Below are positions 57,705 to 64,000 of a stretch of DNA of 64,000 bases, one piece after another (position 1 is the stretch's first letter; the number at the start of each line of letters is the position of its first letter). The position numbers and the translations under genes were made by a program. Origin of the DNA: a virus; IMG/VR virus record IMGVR_UViG_3300013132_000034, positions 1-64,000 of that record; one strand, given 5' to 3'. The notes beneath the pieces are model-generated. The model saw only the letters and a program-made list of their open reading frames with translations. It was not told the origin of the DNA and did not search any database.

Positions 57705-60011
57705 TTATGCTATAATTTCGTTAAAATCTTGGCTAGTTTTTGTAGCATAGAAGTTAACCAAGATGTATTCAGCTGTTCTTGTTGGCTTGATATATATATC
57801 AACAACAAGTTGATTGTCATCGATTATAGCTGGTGTATTATTTTTTTCATCGCAGATGATCAAATAATCATATACCCCTTGTGTATTTTTAGCATTTTCG
57901 AAAAATGGTGATATTGTATTAATAACCTGTGTGCGTGTAAACAGTGTGTTGGGCTCAAATATAAAGCTCTTTACAGTGTTGCGTACGAGTGTTTCAAGAT
58001 TAATGAACAATCTGCGTACATTGATACGATCAAACGCGCTTGGTTGCTTTTGTAATGTTTTTTGTCCATATACAACAAACCCTTCGGCGGGAAAGAATGC
58101 AACAGGGTTTGCGCCAATCTTATATAATTGATCGCGTTGTTTCTGTTTTGGGTATACTGCAAGATCAATAGCACCAGCAACAGTGCCGCGTGTAAAGCCT
58201 GCCGGTGCAAACCATGGTTGATAATTTGTATCTGTACGTGCCATTAAAGCTGCAGCAAATCCTGAAAATGGTGCCCAAACGGGTACGCTTAATACAGGGT
58301 CAGATACAAGAACACAATTTGCATACGTGCATGCATAGCTTGTATTAATTGGATCAAAGCAATTACGCAATGGCCAGTAAATATTAGATGTAAAGTTTGT
58401 ATCAGATCTTTCTATTGTTTTAATATTTGCACCCTGGACAAAAATAGGTAGTAGAGGATCTGAAATAAACAAATGGTCTTTACGTTGTTCAGCCGCAAAT
58501 ACTCTGAATTCTTCAAATACTGATGCCCATGCATCTCTTAAATTCTTTGTTTCACCTGTAATACCTGTTGAAGATGATAAACCGTTATATGCAGAGATAT
58601 ATTTGGTGTCGTCGAATATGCCATTATTTGCAGATGACGAAGCATATATTGTTCCTAAACCGCCTTCTACTGTTAATGTTAAAGGATATACATCATAATT
58701 TTCTACTTTTTGTAGAAGTTTGTTAACCTTGCCGGGTACATTACCAATAACCTTAGAGTAAGGATTGTCTAAGGTATACGATCCGAGAGGATATAATGCA
58801 CCACCAACACCGATTTCTGATGTAAAATAATTAACCCCAGCAACGTTAATACCGGTGAAATTAGAATCGAGTTGTGCAGCATATTTTAATCCTTCACCGA
58901 GAACTCGAACTTGAACCTTAGGATTACCAGCTTCAGTTGCGTTGTTTGTGCTTGTATCTCTCTTTGAAACAGCGGGATTAACTAGTATATTAATTGTTGG
59001 TGAATTATCTTCTACTGCGCCAAGGAAGAAACTTTGTGCACCACCACCACTTTCAGGTAAGTTTTGGCGATAGTAATTGATTGAACCTGTATATTTTTCA
59101 ACAAGTGATTTTGTCAATTGTAATACTGTTGGTGAAAATACCGATTGATACAATTTAAATACACCTACATTTAAACAATCTCTGTAAGCTGTTGTGCCAA
59201 TATTATATGTTGTAAATTCCATGTCTTGCGACAATGAATTATCTGCACCATCGAATGCAGCGCTTAGAGGAAAATCTAATCTTGTTTCAAGCAATTCTGT
59301 GTAAGTATTAGTCGCTGCAGTGCCACCGGTCCTGGTACCTTCTACACTAACTGTAAAAGCTTTTGGAAGACCACGGTAATCAACTTGTGGGTTAACTGTA
59401 GTGTTGTCAATCAAACCTACATAATAACCTTCAAAGGTAGAATTTATATTATACTTCTGTTTATTTAAAACAATAATACCGGCATTACCAAATGCTGAAA
59501 GAGAAGTAATTTGACCATTACTATCCGTTACATTTGACTTCCATGTAAACCCGCTGCCGTTTAGAATATCTTGATATTGTGTGTCGGTTAATTCAACTAA
59601 ATTAGGTTTACCTAGAAGGAACATATCACCATCACCGCTAATAATATCTAGATTTGTTTGAATATCATTGTTTGATGCTTTCTTGCCACGTACTGGATAT
59701 ACAAGAGCGGTATATTTTGAACCGAAACCTTCACCTAAACCGGAACCATAGCCAAGACGAGCTGCATACATTGTTGCAGGGCTTTGAAATACTGCTTTAG
59801 CGGTATGATAAAAATATCTCTCCGCTGCATTTGTAGGTGTTCCGAATATTTGAGTAAATTCAGATAATGTCGAAACAACGATTGGTTCATATGTCGGACC
59901 TTGTGCTGCAAAACCAGCAACTAATACGTTTGTTACATCGTTTGTTGCTGCTCTTAGAGAAAGATCTACTTCACTTATTTGTACACCGGGGCTTTGGATT
60001 GTTCTTGCCAT
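57705..60011 (-). CDS. gp18: Contractile tail sheath protein, T4 gp18-like
   Basis: SPGVQISEVDLS, FTQIFGTP, PWFAPAGFTRG, YGQKTL..SAFDRINVRRLF, FIFEPN, DIYIKPTRTAEYILVNF. Confidence 0.97.
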   Translation of the reverse strand: MARTIQSPGVQISEVDLSLRAATNDVTNVLVAGFAAQGPTYEPIVVSTLSEFTQIFGTPTNAAERYFYHTAKAVFQSPATMYAARLGYGSGLGEGFGSKYTALVYPVRGKKASNNDIQTNLDIISGDGDMFLLGKPNLVELTDTQYQDILNGSGFTWKSNVTDSNGQITSLSAFGNAGIIVLNKQKYNINSTFEGYYVGLIDNTTVNPQVDYRGLPKAFTVSVEGTRTGGTAATNTYTELLETRLDFPLSAAFDGADNSLSQDMEFTTYNIGTTAYRDCLNVGVFKLYQSVFSPTVLQLTKSLVEKYTGSINYYRQNLPESGGGAQSFFLGAVEDNSPTINILVNPAVSKRDTSTNNATEAGNPKVQVRVLGEGLKYAAQLDSNFTGINVAGVNYFTSEIGVGGALYPLGSYTLDNPYSKVIGNVPGKVNKLLQKVENYDVYPLTLTVEGGLGTIYASSSANNGIFDDTKYISAYNGLSSSTGITGETKNLRDAWASVFEEFRVFAAEQRKDHLFISDPLLPIFVQGANIKTIERSDTNFTSNIYWPLRNCFDPINTSYACTYANCVLVSDPVLSVPVWAPFSGFAAALMARTDTNYQPWFAPAGFTRGTVAGAIDLAVYPKQKQRDQLYKIGANPVAFFPAEGFVVYGQKTLQKQPSAFDRINVRRLFINLETLVRNTVKSFIFEPNTLFTRTQVINTISPFFENAKNTQGVYDYLIICDEKNNTPAIIDDNQLVVDIYIKPTRTAEYILVNFYATKTSQDFNEIIA

Positions 60012-60019
60012 ACTAAAAA

Positions 60020-60027
60020 TATTTATA
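60020..60027 (-). promoter_or_regulatory. T4-type late promoter TATAAATA (sheath)
   Basis: Exact consensus, 8 nt before ATG 60011. Confidence 0.8.
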
Positions 60028-60054
60028 TTTTTTCGTCACTAATTTCTTTGCTTT

Positions 60055-60663
60055 TTACAAATTAGTTGTAGTAATTGGCTGAGTAGCATCAGGAGATAGA
60101 ATCTTTACTAATAACTGATCAAAAGAAAATTCAAATGTTGTATCTATTTGAGATGCGTCCCTATAACTATAGTTAATCTCTCCTAATAAAGTAGGAAATG
60201 CACGGGTAAAGTCAAATTGTATAACTTTATTGTCATATTCATCTAAACCATACAATGTAAAGTTTGCTTTATAAACATTAGAAGTTGTACTGTTTATTAA
60301 ATCTCTATGATCTAATTGATTATATTTTTGATTATTAATTAAATCTAACCAACTATATATAACCCAATAATTGTTAAAATAATTATCTATTGTAAAACTA
60401 ACGGTAACGTTTGGATAAGGTGGTCTGCTTTCAGATGAAACATGCAAGGTTTGCCCGGCATATCTTGAAACTACTTCATTTATTGAAACGCTCGGTATAT
60501 TAATACCGAAGACGCTAAATGAAATTGAATCAAATAAAATATTACCGGGTTGTCTTGTTATTTTTTTGTTTATACTTTTTAAAGCTTCCGGTAGCGTCAT
60601 GACAAATAAAAATTTGTCTTTACGTTGTTTATTAAAAGGTGACTGCGCGTATTCTGTGCTCAT
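60055..60663 (-). CDS. gp3: Tail completion / tube terminator, gp3-like
   Basis: INIPSVS, VTVSFTIDNYFNNYWVIYSWL, FDFTRAFPTLLGEINY, FEFSF. Confidence 0.75.
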   Translation of the reverse strand: MSTEYAQSPFNKQRKDKFLFVMTLPEALKSINKKITRQPGNILFDSISFSVFGINIPSVSINEVVSRYAGQTLHVSSESRPPYPNVTVSFTIDNYFNNYWVIYSWLDLINNQKYNQLDHRDLINSTTSNVYKANFTLYGLDEYDNKVIQFDFTRAFPTLLGEINYSYRDASQIDTTFEFSFDQLLVKILSPDATQPITTTNL

Positions 60664-62366
60664 TTATAGTAATCCGTTAAAAATTTCCACCCTTGCCCTT
60701 TTAAATCATCAACATCTGCATTTTCGCTAGATTGACTACTAATAATTGCTGGCAGTATATTTTCACCAAATCCTCCTCTTTCATTATTTAAATAAGAAGA
60801 TGGTTTTATAAAACTTCTTAATCCCCAATCTAGAACTTTTATTAGCAATGGTTTTCTATTTGTATCATATTCGATAATATCAAAAAATTTCTCACAAACA
60901 TCATTTTCGAGCCCCATTAAAGCCCATACAAGTGACATTACTCTATCATCATAAAAATTGCCCTCTCTTGCAGCCCAGGTACCATTTGGGTATCTAACAA
61001 AGTTTTTTAATTCCATAACAGTATCTTTATCATACAGTTTAACTGCATTTAATTCATTAACCCAATAGCGCATATTTGTAACACCTCTATATTTTGTATT
61101 AGTGTGAGCGATAACGCCAGGTCTTTTTATATATTCAGTGCCTCTTATTTTAGGAGAATAATTTACAATATTTTCATAATGGTGGGTCATTTTTAATTGA
61201 TCAACTACTTGTGCACCGCAATTATTTCTTTCTATTAAAACTGGAGGTGTACCATATTGTCTTAAAATTTCTAAAAGTTTTGAAATAAAATTAAATGGTG
61301 TAATAGAATTGTCTGCGTAAATTGCTGATTGTTTTATTTCTTTTAGATCAGTTACATCTAATACCTGAACTACACTATAATTGCTGTTTACTCCTTCTGC
61401 GACGTCAACACCAACAACATATACTTTCTTTTCATCCGGCTCTTCCCAAACTCGGTATTTTCCATTATCAAAAATAAATTCAGGATCTCTTATATTTTGT
61501 TTTAATTTTTCAAACAGTTGATCGGATAAAGAACTTTCCCCCGTTTGTAAAAATACATTACCAAATTCTTGATCAAAAAATTCTTTACTACCTAACGATC
61601 TGACAGTTTTTTCTTTCCAGTCCTCATCTCTTCCTGGCACTTCCCACCAATCAACCCGCTCGGCGTGCCACCCGTTGGAATTTTCTATAGCACCTGAATA
61701 TAATTCATGAAATAAATTTCCAGTACCATTAGGAGTACTTGCGACAAATATTTTTGATTTTTTAGATGATGAAATAATTGGGTAAACGGATTTCCAAAAA
61801 TCTTGTACCATACCATTATCGATAAAGGCTAACTCATCAAGAATTAAAACATTACAGCTATCACCTCTACCTGCATCAGATGATGTTGTTGAAATTCCTA
61901 TACTACTACCATTAGCTAGTACCATAGAAGTTTTACCATATTCAACTGCGCCAGGTTTTAAATAGTTAGGAAGTTGCTCGTATGCTAATCTTACACGTTT
62001 AAAAATGTTTATTGCGGTTTGTTCTTTATTAGCGACAATTAAAATTCTTTGATCATCAAAAAAACAACTTATCCATAATGCATAAATTGTCATTAATGTT
62101 GTTTTACCTGATTGTCTAGAAGATAAAAATACAACAAATCTATTGTCTCTTAATGCTCTAAGTATTCTTTTTTGATAATTGTGTAGTTTTATCTTTTCTC
62201 TGCCTCTATCCAAATTAACAATATAAAAATAATTTTCTGCAAAATGTAATATGTTTTTGCTACACTTTTTTAATTCCGACAACATTTCACCTGTCCACTC
62301 AAATGTTGTTTCAGGTGTGGGTAAATTCTTGTTACCTAAATAAAATCGCGAATCTTTGTGAGGCAT
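60660..62366 (-). CDS. gp17: Terminase large subunit, T4 gp17-like
   Basis: SRQSGKTT, ILIVANK, LILDELAFI, STPNG, FDQEFG, VGVDVAEG, LIERNN, DDRVMSL. Confidence 0.97.
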   Translation of the reverse strand: MPHKDSRFYLGNKNLPTPETTFEWTGEMLSELKKCSKNILHFAENYFYIVNLDRGREKIKLHNYQKRILRALRDNRFVVFLSSRQSGKTTLMTIYALWISCFFDDQRILIVANKEQTAINIFKRVRLAYEQLPNYLKPGAVEYGKTSMVLANGSSIGISTTSSDAGRGDSCNVLILDELAFIDNGMVQDFWKSVYPIISSSKKSKIFVASTPNGTGNLFHELYSGAIENSNGWHAERVDWWEVPGRDEDWKEKTVRSLGSKEFFDQEFGNVFLQTGESSLSDQLFEKLKQNIRDPEFIFDNGKYRVWEEPDEKKVYVVGVDVAEGVNSNYSVVQVLDVTDLKEIKQSAIYADNSITPFNFISKLLEILRQYGTPPVLIERNNCGAQVVDQLKMTHHYENIVNYSPKIRGTEYIKRPGVIAHTNTKYRGVTNMRYWVNELNAVKLYDKDTVMELKNFVRYPNGTWAAREGNFYDDRVMSLVWALMGLENDVCEKFFDIIEYDTNRKPLLIKVLDWGLRSFIKPSSYLNNERGGFGENILPAIISSQSSENADVDDLKGQGWKFLTDYYK

Positions 62367-62368
62367 TA

Positions 62369-62382
62369 TATAAATACTTATA
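62369..62382. promoter_or_regulatory. Overlapping divergent late promoters: TATAAATA (+, 62369-62376) and TATAAGTA (-, 62375-62382)
   Basis: 15-nt gap between the terminase ATG (62366, -) and ATG 62382 (+). Confidence 0.7.
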
Positions 62383-63353
62383 TGAATAAAGTAAGGGACT
62401 TAGTAGATTTGTCTAAGGTATATGAAGCAGTAAAGACATCTAAAGTGTCTGACCCTAAGGCAAAATTTGGTACAAAACCTGGCAAGCCAATGCAAGCTAT
62501 ACCTACAGTAAAAGCAAAAGAACCTCTTACCTCTGACCATAAACCTAAACAACCCTTTTTTCATAAAGATTCTGGCCCGGAGAATGCAGATAATTTTAAT
62601 AAAAACATAGTAGATCCAAAGACAAACAAAGGTAAAGAGAATGTTTATGAGCCAGAAAAATTTTCAGATAATATCGAAAAAAAAGTAAAAGAGAGTATAA
62701 ATAATTTTATGAATAACAAATCTATTTTTGACAAACTTTACGAAGAGGTAATGGGAGGCACAGAAGATGCCGAAGCCCTCGACGCACAAGAGCTCGGCAT
62801 TGGCCCTGAACAAGAGGGTGAAAAGTCCGAAGCTGAAATGAGCTCAAAAGAGCTTATAGCGAAAGCTTTAGAATTACTTCAGCTAGCTCATGATAAATGC
62901 CCTGAAGAGGGTGGCGATGAGCATGAAGGTTCAGATGAATTTGGTCCTGAAGCCGGTAAGGAAGAAGGCCAGGAAGATGAAGAAGATGGTGAAGAGCAAG
63001 AAGAAGGTAAGAAAGAGGAGAAGAAGGAAGATAAGAAAGAAGAAGTAGCTGGCTAAGCAGTTGATGCAGAAGAAGTCGGCACACCAATAGTTGATGGTGA
63101 AAAGCTATCAAAGGGGTTAAACAAAGTATCTTCCGGCTCAAATGTAGTAGCAGGCGATGTTTCAACAGCTGGTAAGAAAGCTGGCAAAGGTGGTGATGGC
63201 AAAACAACCGATAAAGTTGGTAATGACGGTGACAAGGGCCACGCACTAGTCGGTAGCGGTGTAAGCGGTGGTGCACCAACACCTGTTAAAGGCAAGTCAA
63301 ATGTCGTTAACAGCAGAATTAAGGGTAACAACCAACCCTTCTACAGCGTCTAA
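62382..63353 (+). CDS. Acidic, low-complexity late protein (prohead core/internal-protein type), 323 codons with a single in-frame TAA at 63054-63056
   Basis: Start revised to ATG 62382 by promoter spacing; after KEEVAG* the same frame continues for 98 codons (AVDAEEVGTPIVDGEK...NNQPFYSV*) up to the terminator. Confidence 0.7.
62696..62703 (+). promoter_or_regulatory. Internal late promoter TATAAATA before in-frame ATG 62709
   Basis: Exact consensus, 5 nt before MNNKSIFDKLYEE. Confidence 0.65.
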
Positions 63354-63370
63354 AATAGATTAATAAAATT

Positions 63371-63399
63371 AAAGCCCCTCGCAAGAGGGGCTTTTTTTT
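63371..63399 (+). terminator. Rho-independent terminator
   Basis: AAAGCCCCTC-GCAA-GAGGGGCTTT stem with a GNRA loop, running into a T8 tract. Confidence 0.92.
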
Positions 63400-63413
63400 G
63401 ATTAAATATCTTT

Positions 63414-64000
63414 ATGGTTACCGATTACCTAAAAGATGAGTTGAATCCTACTTTTTTTGATAGTGATAACAAACTCAAGGAACCTATAAGAGAAAAACTT
63501 CTTTTAATTGCAAATAAAGCTTTTGAAGATTTAGAAGTAGAGACAGATATAGTTGATATAACATTTACGGGTTCTTTGGCCAATTTTACCTACAATGAAG
63601 ATTCAGATGTAGATTTACATATTGTATTAAAATTTAATGATATTAATAAAGACAATGAGCTAGTTAAAAAAGCATTAGACTGTAATAAGTTTGTATGGAA
63701 TTTAAGACACGAAATTACTTTTGCTGGGCATGAAGTAGAAATATATTTTCAAGATGTAAATGAAAAGCATAATTCGTCTGGTGTTTATTCTATAGAAAAA
63801 AATAAATGGTTGATTGAACCAAAAAAATTATCTAATCAAATTGATAAAGACTTAGTAGATAAAAAATATAATCATTATAGCTCACATATAGAATCTTTAG
63901 AAAAAATTATAAAAAAAGATGTTACTAAAGACTATGCAGAAAAAATTCTTAGCAATGCGCAGAAATATTTTAAAAAATTAAAAGCTGATAGAAAGGAAAG
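63414..64000 (+). CDS. Pol-beta superfamily nucleotidyltransferase (runs off the window end; absent from the ORF track)
   Basis: Hand translation MVTDYLKDELNPTFF...DITFTGSLANFTYNEDSDVDLHIV...HEVEIYFQD...GVYSI..NKWL; GS-x9-SDxD motif; TAAATA 5 nt upstream. Confidence 0.8.
   Translation, partial: MVTDYLKDELNPTFFDSDNKLKEPIREKLLLIANKAFEDLEVETDIVDITFTGSLANFTYNEDSDVDLHIVLKFNDINKDNELVKKALDCNKFVWNLRHEITFAGHEVEIYFQDVNEKHNSSGVYSIEKNKWLIEPKKLSNQIDKDLVDKKYNHYSSHIESLEKIIKKDVTKDYAEKILSNAQKYFKKLKADRKE

Noticed and set aside
57705-62366. Inteins or introns in sheath or terminase
   Set aside because: Frames are continuous, with no splice-junction or homing-endonuclease motifs; the extra sheath length looks like an ordinary insertion domain
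62854-63331. Minus-strand ORFs 62854..63282 and 63053..63331
   Set aside because: Antisense shadows of the acidic plus-strand gene and its post-stop continuation

Overview
A 64 kb, very AT-rich piece of a large T4-like (myovirus) phage genome, almost all coded on the minus strand. It holds the virion morphogenesis genes: terminase gp17, gp3, sheath gp18, tube gp19, baseplate and tape-measure homologues (gp54, gp26/gp51, gp29, gp48, gp53, gp27, gp25, gp6), large PKD/beta-propeller/lectin virion proteins, tail fibres, portal gp20, gp13, gp4 and two tandem gp15 paralogues. Two blocks of glycan-building and glycan-decorating enzymes flank the fibre genes (8.9-16.4 kb and 27.2-32.3 kb). Best candidate for an undescribed system (inference): a phage-encoded mucin-type O-glycosylation pathway. 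A GT60-like polypeptide GlcNAc-transferase and about 12 extending or modifying enzymes occur together with five proteins carrying Thr/Pro mucin-like tracts. One tract sits on a duplicated gp15, and another is reachable only by a -1 frameshift at U_UUU_UUA / A_AAA_AAG. Other points: about 20 TAAATA late promoters and three sigma70-type promoters lie 4-9 nt from start codons, suggesting leaderless mRNAs. Single in-frame stops interrupt gp6 (TGA) and an acidic head-type gene (TAA). All family calls come from motif recognition by eye; no searches were run.
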